64,000 nucleotides of DNA from the human T2T-CHM13v2.0 reference genome, Homo sapiens. How positions within the stretch are numbered: position 1 is the first letter of the stretch; every line of letters starts with the position of its first letter. This document shows positions 44,644 through 56,300 of this stretch, one piece after another. The stretch is from the NCBI RefSeq assembly GCF_009914755.1, contig NC_060929.1; one strand, written 5' to 3'. Both the position numbers and the translations under genes were made by a program. The notes under the pieces are model-generated. The model made no database searches. It saw only the letters and a list, made by a program, of their open reading frames with translations, and was not told the origin of the DNA.

Positions 44644-47350
44644 CTACAAAGTATTGTCACCTAGTTGTTGTTGTAATTGTAACTTCAAAAGGCCATTCCA
44701 CCATTCTATAAATCCAGCAGCTTCAGGATGATGGGGAACATGGTAAGACAAGTGAATTCCATGAGAATGAGCCCACTGCTGCACTTCTTTAGCCATCAAG
44801 TGAGTGTCATGGTCAGAGGCAATGCTGTGTGGCATACCCTGATGGTGGATAAAGCATTCCGTGAGTCCACAGATGGTAGTGTTGGCAGAAGCATTGCGTG
44901 CAGGATAGGCAAACCCAAATTTGGAGTGTCTTTTCCAGTGAGGACAAACCTCTTCCCTATCCAGGATGGAACAGGTCCAATATAATCAACCTACCACCAC
45001 GTAGCTGGCTTATCACCCCAAAGAATGGTGCCATATCAAAGGCTCAGTGTTGGTGTCTGCTGCTGGCAAATTGGGCACTCAGCAGTGGCCATATCCAGGT
45101 CAGCCTTGGTGGTGGAAGTCCAAGTTGCTGAGCCCATGCATAACCATCATGGCTGCTTTGTTCATGGACACATTGGTCAATGACGGGTGGCTGGGGAAAG
45201 AGGCTGAGTGGTGTCCACAGAATGGATAGGTCATCCTATCCACTTGATTATTAAAATTGTCCTCTGCTGAGGTCACCCGTTGGTGAGCACTCTAATGGGA
45301 AACAAGTATCTTCACAGTTTTTGATCACTCAGAGAGGTTCATCTACATATCTCTTCACCAAATTTATTTGTCACCGATTTTCCAATTATGTTTCTTCCCT
45401 GACCATCCAGCCAAACCATTGGCTACAGCTGATGAATCAGTATAAAATCACACATCTGGCCATTTCTCCTGCCATGCAAAGTGCACAACCAAATGCACTG
45501 CTCAAAGTTCTGCCCACTGGGAAGATTTCCCTTCACCACTGTCCTTCAGGGATGTCCTCTAAAGGGGCTGTACTCCTGTAGCTGTCCAATTTCAGATGGT
45601 GATTGCATATCCTGCAGAACCATCTATGAACCAGGCCCTAGTCTTCTCTTCGTCTGTCAGCTGATCATAGGGAACTCCCCATGAAGCCATCGGTGCAGGC
45701 TGGGGGAAAGAAGGCAGGATGGCAGAAGTGAAGATCAGGGGCATTTGAGCCACTTCCTTGTGTAACTTACTTGTGCCTTCAGGACCTTCTTGAGCCCTAT
45801 CACATATATACCACTTCCATTTAATTATGAAATGCTGCTGGGCATGACCCACTTTATGGCTAGATGGATCAGAAAGCACCCAGTTCATGATAGGCAGTTC
45901 AGGTCACATGGTGACTTGATGACCCATAGTCAAAACATTCAGTTGCCACCAAAGCCCAGTATTGGGCCAAGAGCTATATCTCAAAAGGAGAGTAGCTATG
46001 TGCAGAAGATGGCAGGGCTTGCTCCAAAATCTTAGAGGCCTCCACCCTGATTCACCTATGGGGGCCTGCCACAGGCTCCAAACAGCATCCCTATCTTCCA
46101 CTGACACCTCAAGCACCATTGGATCTGCCGGGTCATATGGCCCAAGAGGCAGAGAAGCTGGCACAGCAGCCCAGACCTGTTACAGAGCCTTCTTCTGTTC
46201 TGGACCCCACTCCAAACTGGCAGCCTTTTGGGTCACTTGATAAATGGGCTGGAGTAACACACCCAAATGAGGAATGTATTGCCTCCAAAATCCAAATAGG
46301 CCCACTAGATGTTGTGCCTATTTCTTGGTTTTAGGAGGGGCCAAATGCAGCAACTTATCCTTCACTGTAGAAGGAATATCTTGACAGGCCCCACACAACT
46401 GGACCCCTATAAATTTTACTGAGGTAGAAGATTCCTGAATTTCAGACAAATTTATTTCCCATCCTCTGGCACACAAATATCTTGCCAGTAAGTCCAGTGT
46501 GTTTGCTACTTCTTGCTCACTGGATCTAATCAGCATAATGTCATCCATGTAATGGACCAGCATGATATCTTGCAGAAGTGAAAAGTGATCAAGGTATCTC
46601 TGAATAAGATGATGACACAAAGCTGGAGAGTTGATATACCCCTGAGGTAGAAGAGTAAAGGTATATTTCTGGCCTTGCCAACTGAAGGCAAATTGCTTCT
46701 GGTGGGCCTTATGGACAGGAATGGAGAAAAATGCATTTGCCAAGTCAGTGGCTCCATACCAGGTACTAGATGTGTTAATTTGCTTAAGCAATGAAATCAC
46801 ATGTGGTACAGCAGCTGTAATTGGAGTCACCATTTGGTTAAGCTTACGATAATCCACTGTCATTCTCTATGATCCATCTGTCTTCTGCACAGGCCAAATA
46901 GTAGAGTTGAATGGGGATGTGGTGGGAATCACCACCCCTGCATCTTTCAAGTCCTCGATGGTGGCACTAATCTCTGCAGTTGCTCCAGGGATCCGATATT
47001 GTTTTTGATTTTTCTAGGTAGAGGCAGCTTTAATGGCTTCCATTTGACCTTTCCCACCATAATATCTCTCACTCTAATGGTCAGGGAGCCAATGTGGGGC
47101 TTCTGCCAGCTACTAAGTATGTGTATGCCAATTATACATTCTGGCACTGGGGAAATGGCCACAGGATGAGTCTGGGGACCCACTGGACACACTGTAAGTC
47201 AGATGTTTTTCAGCTAAAACTCCATTAATTACCTGACTTCCATGAGCCCCTACTTTAAATGGAAGACCACAATGACCCATTGGATCCCCTTGAATCAACG
47301 TCAGCAGAACCAGTGTCCAGTAGTCCCCCAAATGTCCGATCACTTTTTTC
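44644..47350 (-). pseudogene. pol: HERV-L pro/pol remnant, frameshifted (RT ORF 46318-46863; RNase H ~45300-45900; integrase core 44644-44835)
   Basis: TVDYRKLN, DLANAFFSIP, LPQGYINSPA, HYMDDIML (RT); WFIDGSA (RNase H); IASD...HHPEAAGFIEWWNGLLK (IN). Confidence 0.92.
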
Positions 47351-47399
47351 CGCAGTGCAAAGTTACCCTGGTAAAAGGCTGGAGGTCTCCTTGGGCATG

Positions 47400-49200
47400 G
47401 ACGGGAGAAAGATTAACAGCATAAATTGTTAGGAGTGTAGTGGGGTCCTTCCTCAAGGGTTCCCAGTCTCCTCTTTATTCAAGGGGTTCTGGGTCTGTAA
47501 ACTGGCTGAAGTCTGGAAATTGATTGAGGGGCTGTGAGTCTCTGTTTTTATTATTCAAATTCATCTTTTGTCCATTTGACCTGGAAGTTTTCTGGTTATA
47601 TAAATTAAGTAGGAATGCAGTAGGTTTCCTATCAATTTCACTTCAAGGAACACCATGATTAATTAGCCAGTGACAGAGCTCTACACAAGTCAGACTATTC
47701 TGATTGCTGATTTGCCTCTGCTGTCTGTTACAGTAGCTATGGCCAACCTTGCCTTTGACAGTTGAGTGCTGCCACTTGGTCCTGCCACCTCGGGACTCAA
47801 TTATTCTCATTGTATTTAAATTTCATAGTTGAGTGTCTGTAGTTACCACTGTTAGATCTGACATACAGAGAAGAGCAACTACAGGGCTCTTCAAAGATGC
47901 AGGTGCTGCCCTCACAAATCTATTTTGAAAGGTATTGGTCAAGGGTATAGCTTCTGGATCCTCCCAGCTGAGCTGAGTAAGTCTAAAGTGACTAATCCAC
48001 TCTACAGTCCCAATCTCCCTAAGCCTTTGGATCCCTTCCTCTACATTAAACTAAGGAAGTTCAGGTATTTCCAGCTCACTCACAGTGGTCCATCTTTCAA
48101 TCCATATTTCAGCTAACCAAGAAAATAAACTATCAGAACCTTTTTTAACTCTCTGACCTGCAACATTAAATGCAGAATCCCTACTTAGTAGGCCCAAATC
48201 AATAAATTCAGCCTGATCCAACTTTGTTTCCTTCTACCATTATCCCACACCCTTAATATCCATTCCCATGCCTGTTCTCCAGATTTCTGTTTATATAAAT
48301 TAGAAAACTCAAGCAGTACTTTTCAAGTGCAGCTCACCTCCACATGGGACACACACTGAACCTCACCCTCTAGGGGCCCACTGGGACTTAAGTCTAATTA
48401 TAGGTCTAGAAGCAAACAGGAATGTTGGGGGTGGCTCCTGAGGAGAATCGAAATTATCTTGCCAGGCAGCTGCCTCAGGGAAGGCCATCACTGTTCAACC
48501 TCAGGCAGTGCAGGGTTTATCTCCTCAGACAAAGGTGGAAAGGCTGATGGCAGCATGGGTCTGGAGGGAATGTTGCCACTACTGGGTATGGGGAAGCTGT
48601 TTCTTCTGGCAAGAAAGTTTCATCAGAGTTTACAAGCTCAGTGTCTCCAGCTTCCTCAGGGTCCTCCCACATGTCCCCATTTTAAGTTGCAGGGTCCCAT
48701 TCTTTTTCAATCAATGCCCTCACTTTAACAGTAGACACCTGGTGAGGCTGTACATCCACCTTTTGTTGCAGGGCAGCCACTTGCATGATAAGAACTTGTG
48801 TCTGTTTTTCCACAGTTTCAGCTATTTCTCTACGGGAGAAAAGACACTGACTCAGGGCAATCTTAGAAGAGTCGAAGCTCAGTATCTGCTTCGGAAGCTG
48901 GGTGTTAGAACTCCTGAGTTCATCATTTTTTTCCATCACTTTATCCAGTGAACTTAGGAGAAACCAACCAGCTTCATTATGTTCCTTGGTTCTCCACCTA
49001 TGGTCAAAAGTATTCTGTATAGTTTCACTAAACTCTTTGTCTGTCATAAGCACTGAATCAGGAGTGTCAAATGCATTTATTTTGTTTTACTCTCTAAACA
49101 GTTCCGATGAAGGACTATCAGTGTTCTCCATACTATTAGAAGTAGAGTTCTTAGCATTTTTCAGTCTAGTCATATTAAGCAGCCAACTCCAGAAACCCCA
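47400..49200 (-). pseudogene. gag: HERV-L gag remnant, disrupted
   Basis: ORF 48682-49053 (GWFLLSSLDKVMEKNDELR...VKVRALIEKEWDPAT) is typical of the ERV-L Gag N-terminus. Confidence 0.85.
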
Positions 49201-49254
49201 AAACCAATGAAAGAACTCCATCCTTAATATTCTGCTCCTCTAGAACCTCTAGAA

Positions 49255-49269
49255 CCTGGTATCAAAATC
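49255..49269 (-). promoter_or_regulatory. Degenerate HERV-L primer-binding site (tRNA-Leu type)
   Basis: Minus strand reads 'gattttgataccagg' immediately after the LTR end '...ctaataca'; the family consensus has TGGTACCAGG. Confidence 0.7.
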
Positions 49270-49316
49270 TGTATTAGGGTTCTCTAGTGGGACAGAACTA
49301 ATAGAATATATATATC
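49270..49316 (-). mobile_element. MLT2A 5' LTR remnant (only ~47 bp of the U5 end)
   Basis: 'tgtattagggttctctagtgggacagaactaatag'. Confidence 0.85.
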
Positions 49317-50028
49317 ACTGGGGTTTGTACAGATAATTTCATCATCCAGGTAATAAATATAGTGCCTTATAGGTATTTTTTCCGATTCGTTCCCTCCTCC
49401 CATCCTCCCCCTTCAAGGAGTCCCCAGTGTCTTTTGTTCCCCTCCTAGTGTCCACATGTTCTCATTGTTCAGCTCCCACTTATGAGTAAGAACATGCAGT
49501 ATTTGGTTTTCTGTTCCTGTGTTAGTTTAATAAGGAGAATGGCTTCCAGCTCCATCTATGTTGCAGGAAAGGACATTATCTCATTCTTTTTTATGGCTGT
49601 ACATAGGGAAGTATAATATTTCCTATAGTATTCCATGGTGTATATATACCATCATTTTTTTTAACCAGTGATGGGAATTTAGGTTGATTTCTTGTTTTTG
49701 CTATTGTGAATAGTGCTTTGATGAATATACATATGCATGTGTCTACAAGTGGTAGAATATGGTACCCACATATGATAGGTACCATATATATGGTGGAATA
49801 ATTTATATTCCTTTGGATATATACCCAATAATGGGATTACTGGGTCAAATGGTAATTCTGTTTTAAGTTCTTTGAGGAATCACCACACTGCTTTCCACAA
49901 TGGCTGAACTAATTTACACTCCCACCAGCAGTGTATGAGCATTCTTTCTTTCTCCACAACCTCACCAGCATCTGTTAATTTTTTACTTTTTGATAATAGC
50001 CATTCTGACTGGTATGAGATGGTATCTC

Positions 50029-50147
50029 CTGTTTTGGACCCCACTCAAAACTGGCAACTTTTCAGGTCATTCAGTAAACGGGCAGGAGTAACACACCCAA
50101 ATTAGGAATGTGTTGGCTCCAAAATCCGAATAGGCCCACCAGGCCTT
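50029..50147 (-). mobile_element. Isolated ~119 bp HERV-L pol fragment inserted into L1 ORF2
   Basis: Aligns without gaps to 46195-46310 (~84% by hand count); flanked by tggtatctc / tggtgtctc. Confidence 0.9.
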
Positions 50148-51865
50148 TGGTGTCTCATTGTGGTTTTGATTTGCATTTCTCTACTTATTAGTGATGTCGA
50201 GTATTTTTTCATATGCTCATTGGCTGCATTTTCTTTTGAAAAGTGTCTGTTCATGTCCTTTGCCCACTTTTTAATGGGATTGGTTTTTTTTTGCTTGTAA
50301 ACTTATTGAAGTTCCTTGCAGATTCTGAATTAGACCTTTGTCAGATACATAGTTTGCAAATATTTTCTCCCATTCTGTAGGTTGTCTGTTTACTCTGTTG
50401 ATAGTTTCTTTTGCTGTGATGAAGCTCTTTAATTTAATTAGATTCCATTAGTTAATTTTTGTTTTTGTTGCAATTACTTTTGGCATGTTTATAATGAAAT
50501 CCTTGCCAACATCTACGTCCAGAATGGTATTTCCTAGGTTATCTTCCAGGGTTTTTATACCTTTAAGTTTTACAGTTAAGTCTTTAATCTATGTTGAGTT
50601 GACTTTGTATGTGGTGTAAGATAGGGGTCCAATTTCAGTCTTCTGCATATGAGTAGCCACTTATCCCAGCACCATTTATTGAATAGGGTGTCCTTTCCCC
50701 ATTGCTTGTTTTTGTCAGCTTTATGGAAGATCAGATGATTGTGGGTGTTTGGCATTATTTCTGGCCTCTCTATTCTGTTCTGTTGGTCTACCTGTGTGTT
50801 TTGGTACCAGTACTATGCCTTTTTGGTTACTGTAGCCCTGTAGTAGAGTTGAAGTCAGGTAACGTGATGCTTTCAGCTTCATTCTTTTTATTTAGGATTG
50901 CTATGGCTATTTGGGCTCTTATTTTGGTTCCATATGGATTTTAAAATAGTTTTTTCTAATTTTGTTAGGAGTGTCATTGGTAGTTTGATAAGAATAGTAT
51001 TGAATCTGTATGTGGCTCTGGGCAGTATGGCCATTTTAATGATATTGATTCTTCCTATTCATGGGCAGATTTTGTTTTGTCATCTCTGTTTTCTTTGAAC
51101 AGTGTTTTGTAATTCTTGTTGTAGAGATCTTTCACCTCACTGGTTAGCTGTTTTCCTAGGTATTTTATTCTTTTTGTGGTAATTATGAATGGGATTGCAT
51201 TCTTTATTTGGCCGTTGGTTTGACTGTTGTTTGTTTAGGAATGTTACTGATTTTTTGTATACTGATTTTGTATCCTGAAACCTTTCTGAAGTTTACAGCT
51301 CAAGGAGTTTCTGGGCAGAGACTGTGGGGTTTTCTATATACAGAATCATATTTTCTACAAACTGGGAGAGTTTGACTTCCTCTTTATGGACTGATGCCTT
51401 TTATTTCTTTCTCTTACCTGATGGCTCTGGCCAGGAATTCCAGTACTGTGTTGAATAGGAATAGTGAGAGAGAAGGTATCATTGTCTTGTGTTAGTTTTC
51501 ATGGAGAATGCTTACAGCTTTTACCTATTTAGTATGATGTTGGCTGCGGGTTTTCCATAGATGGCTCTTATTATTTTGATGTTTGGTCCTTCAACACCTA
51601 GTTTATTGAGGGTTTTTAACATGAGGGGATACTGAATTTTATCAAAAGCTTTTTCTGCGTCTATTGAGGCAATCCTGTAGTTTTTATTTTTAATTCTGTT
51701 TATATGATGAATCACATTTACTGATTTACATTTGTTGAAAAAACTTGGAATCCCAGGGTTGATCATGGTGGATTAGCTTTTGGATGGGCTGCCGCATTTG
51801 GTTTGCTAGTATTTTGTTGAGTATTTTTGCATCAATGTTCATCAGGGATATTGGCCTGAAGTTTT

Positions 51866-51916
51866 TGTGTGTGTGTGTGTCTGTGTGTGTGTGTGTGTGT
51901 GTGTATGTGTGTGTGT
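51866..51916. repeat. Interrupted (TG)n microsatellite within L1 ORF2
   Basis: Direct reading. Confidence 0.95.
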
Positions 51917-53310
51917 CTGCCTGGTTTTGGCATCAAGATGATACTGGCCTCAAAGATTGAGTTAAGGAGGAGATTTTCCTCCTCAATTTTTTGCAGTAGT
52001 TTCAATAGGAATGCTACCAGCTCTTCTTTGTACATCTGGGAGAATTCAGCCTTAAATCTCTCTGTTTCTGGACTTTTTTTTTTGGTTGGTGGGCATTTTA
52101 TTGAAGATTCAATTTTGGAACCTGTTATTGGTCTGCTTAGGAATTCGGTTTCTCCCTGGTTCAGTCTTGGGAGAGTGTATGTGTCCAGGAGTTTATTACT
52201 TTCTTCTAGATTTTCTAGTTTATATGCATAAGGTGTTCATAGTAGTCTTTGATGATTATTTGTATTTCTGTGGGGTCAGTGGCAATATCCCTTTTGTCAT
52301 TTTTAATTGTGTTTATTTAGATCTTCTCTCTTTTCTTTATTAATCTAGCTAGTAGTCTATCTACTTATTTTTTCTTTCAAGCAAACAGCTCCTGGATTTG
52401 TTGGTCTTTTGAACTTTTTTTGTGTGTCTCTATCTCCTTCAGTTCAGCTCTGATTTTGCTTATTTCTTATCTTCTAAGCTTTGAGGTTTATTTGCTCCTG
52501 ATTTGCTAGTCCTTCTAGCTATGATGTTAGGTTGTTAATTTCAGATCTTTCTAGCTTTTTGATGTGGGTATTTAGTGCTATAAATTTTCCTCTTAACACT
52601 GCCTTAGCTATATTCTAAGTCCTTTGTATTCATTAGTTTCAGATAACTTCTTGATTTCTACCTCAATTTTATTATTTACCCAAAAGTCATTCAGGATCAG
52701 GTTGTTTAATTTCCATGTAATTGTGTGGTTTTGAGTATGTTTTTTGGTCTTGATTGCTGTTTTTGGTGTGATGTTTTCTGACAGTGTGGTTGGTATAATT
52801 TCTCTTTTAAAAAAAATTTGCTGAGGATTGTTTCATGTCCAATTGATTGGACAATTTTAGATATGTGACATGTTCAGATGAGAAGAATGTATATCTATTG
52901 TTTTTGATTGGAGAGTTCTGTAGATGTCTATTACATTCATTTGGTTAAGTGCTGAGTGCAGATCCTGAGTATCTTTATTAATTTCTGTCTTGATGATCTG
53001 TCTAATACTGTCAGTGGGGTGTTGAAGTCTCCCACTGTTATTGTGTGGTTATCTAAGTCTCTTCATAGATATCTAAGAATTTGCTTTATGAATCTGGGTG
53101 CTCCTGTGTTGGGTCTGTATATATTTAGGATAGTTAGGTCTTCTTGTTGAATTGAACCCTTTACCATTATGTAAAGCTCCTTATTGTTGTTATCTTTATT
53201 GGTTTACAGTCTGTTTTGTCTGAAATTAGGATTATAGCCTCTGCTGTTTTTCTAATTTCCATTTGCTTGCTAGGTTTTCTCCATCCCTTTATTTTGAGAC
53301 TATGTGTTTT

Positions 53311-56300
53311 GTTTTATTTTATTTTATTTTATTTTATTTTATTTTATTTTATTTTGTTACACTTTAAGTTCTAGGGTACATGTGCACAATGGGTAGGTTT
53401 GTTACATATGTATACATGTGCCATGTTGCTGTGCTGCACCCATTAACGCATCATTTACATTAGGTATATCTCCTAATGCAATCCCTTCCCCCTCCCCCCA
53501 CCCCACAACAGGCCCCGGTGTGTGATGTTCCCCTTCCTGTGTCCAAGTGTTTTCATTGTTCAATTCCCACCTATGAGTGAGAACATTCAGTGTATGGTTT
53601 TTTGTCCTTGTGATAGTTTGCTGAGAATGATGGTTTCCAGCTTCATCCATGTCCCTACAAAGGACATGAACTCATCGTTTTTTCTGGCTGCATAGTATTC
53701 CATGGTGTATATGTGCCACATTTTCTTAATCCAATCTATCATTGATGGACATTTGGGTTGGTTCCAAGTCTTTGGTATTGTGGGTAGTGCCACTATAAAC
53801 ATACATGTGCATGTGTCTTTATAGCAGCATGATTTATAATCCTTTGGGTATACACCCAGTAATGGGATGGCTGGGTCAAATGGTATTTCCAGTTCTAGAT
53901 CCCTGAGGAATCGCCACACTGTCTTCCACAATGGTTGAACTAGTTTACAGTCCCACCAACAGTGTAAAAGTGTTCCTATTTCTCCACATCCTCTCCAGCA
54001 CCTGTTGTTTCCTGACTTTTTAGTGATCGCCATTCTAACTGGTGTGAGATGGTATCTCATTGTGGTTTTGATTTGCATTTCTCTGATGACCAGTGATGAT
54101 GAGCATTTTTTCATGTGTCTTTTGGCTGCATAAACATCTTCTTTTGAGAAGTGTCTGTTCATATCCTTTGCCCACTTCTTGATGGTGTTGTTTGTTTTTT
54201 TCTTGTAAGTTTGTTTGAGTTCATTGTAGATTCTGGATATTAGCCCTTTGTCAGATGAGTAGATTGCAAAACCTTTCTCCCATTCTGTAGGTTGCCTGTT
54301 CACTCTGATGGTAGTTTCTTTTGCTGTGCAGAAGCTGTTTAGTTTAATTAGATCCCATTTGTCAATTTTGGCTTTTGTTGCCATTGCTTTTGGTGTTTTA
54401 GACATGAAGTCCTTGCCCATGTCTATGTCCTGAATGGTATTGCCTAGGTTTTCTTCTAGGGTTTTTATGGTTTTAAGCCTAACATTTAAGTCTTTAATCC
54501 ATCTTGAATTAGTTTTTGTATAAGGTGTAAGGAAGGGATCCAGTTTCAGCTTTCTACATATGGCTAGCCAGTTTTCCCAGCACAATTTGTTAAACAGGGA
54601 ATCCTTTCCCCATTGCTTGTTTTTCTCAGGTTTGTCAAAGATCAGATAGTTGTAGATGTGTGGTATTATTTCTGAGGGTTCTGTTCTGTTCCATTGGTCG
54701 ATATCTCTGTTTTGGTACCAGTACCATGCTGTTATGGTTACTGTAGCCTTGTGGTATAGTTTGAAGTCAGGTAGCATGATGCCTCCAGCTTTATTCTTTT
54801 GGCTTAGGATTGACTTGGCAATGTGGGCTCTTTTTTGATTCCATATGAACTTTAAAGTAGTTTTTTCCCATTCTGCAAAGAAAGTCATTGGTAGTTTGGT
54901 GGGGATGGCATTGAATCTATAAATTACCATGGGCAGTATGGCCATTTTCACAATATTGATTCTTCCTATCCATGAGCATGGAATGTTCTTCCATTTGTTT
55001 ATATCCTCTTTTATTTCATTGAGCAGTGGTTTGTAGTTTGAATGTGTTTGCTCTTGCTTCTCTAGTTCTTTTAATTGTGATGTTAGGGTGTCAATTTTAG
55101 ATCTTTTCCTGCTTTCTCTTGTGGGCATTTAGTGCTATAAATTTCACTCTACACACTGCTTTAAATGTGTCCCAGAGATTCTGGTATGTTGTGTCTTTGT
55201 TCTCGTTGGTTTCAAAGAACATCTTTATTTCTGACTTCATTTCATTATGTACCCAGTAGTCATTCAGGAGCAGGTTGTTCAGTTTCCATGTAATTGAGCA
55301 GTTTTGAGTGAGTTTCTTAATCCTGAGTTCTAGTTTGATCGCACTGTGGTCTGAGAGACAGTTTGTTATAATTTCTGTTCTTTTACATTTGCTGAGGAGT
55401 GTTTTACTTCCAACTATGTGGTCAGTTTTGGAATAAGTGTGATGTGGTGCTGAGAAGAATGTATATTCTTCTCTAGATGTCTATTAGGTCTGCTTGGTGC
55501 AGAGCTGAGTTCAATTCCTGGATATCCTTGCTAACTTTCTGCCTCGTTGATCTGTCTAATGTTGACAGTGGGGTGTTAAAGTCTCCTATTATTATTATGT
55601 GGGAGTCTAAGTCTTTCTGCAGGTCTCTAAGGACTTGCTTTATGAATCTGGGTGCTCCTGTATTGGGTGCATATATATTTAGAATAGTTAGCTCTTCTTG
55701 TTGAATTGATCCCTTTACCATTATGTAATGGCCTTCTTTGTCTCTTTTGATCTTTGTTGGTTTAAAGTCTGTTTTATCAGAGACTAGGATTGCAACCCCT
55801 GCTTTTGTTTTGCTTTCCATTTGCTTGGTAGATCTTCCTCCATCCCTTTATTTTGAGCCTATGTGTGTCTCTGCACATGAGATGGATCTTCCGAATACAG
55901 CACACTGATGGGTCTTGACTCTTTATCCAATCTTTGCCAGTCTGTGTCTTTTAATTGGAGTATTTAGCCCATTTACATTTAAGGTTAATATTGTTATGTG
56001 TGAATTTGGTCTCGTCATTATGATGTTAGCTGGTTATTTTTCTTGTTAGCTGATGTAGTTTATTCCTAGCCTCAATGGTCTTTACAACTTGGCATGTTGT
56101 TGCAGTGGCTGGTACTGGTTGTTCCTTTCCATGTTTAGTGCTTACTTCAGGACCTCTTATAAGGCAGGCCTGGTGGTGACAAAAAATCTCTCAGCATTTG
56201 CTTGTCTGTAAAGTATTTTATTTCTCCTTCACTTATGAAGCTTAATTTGGCTGGATATGAGATTCTGGGTTGAAAATTCTTTTAAGAATGTTGAATATTT

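Larger units (their letters stand above)
44610..49269 (-). mobile_element. HERV-L (ERVL) internal region: gag-pro-pol, cut off within integrase; no dUTPase or 3' LTR
   Basis: Gag, RT and IN peptides (see next two entries); primer-binding-site region next to an MLT2A LTR end. Confidence 0.93.

Noticed and set aside
55030-55045. L1PA5 ORF2 deletion as a spliced-L1 retrocopy
   Set aside because: An AG precedes the downstream breakpoint in the consensus, but the removed segment would begin 'aa', not GT. Microhomology-mediated deletion fits better.
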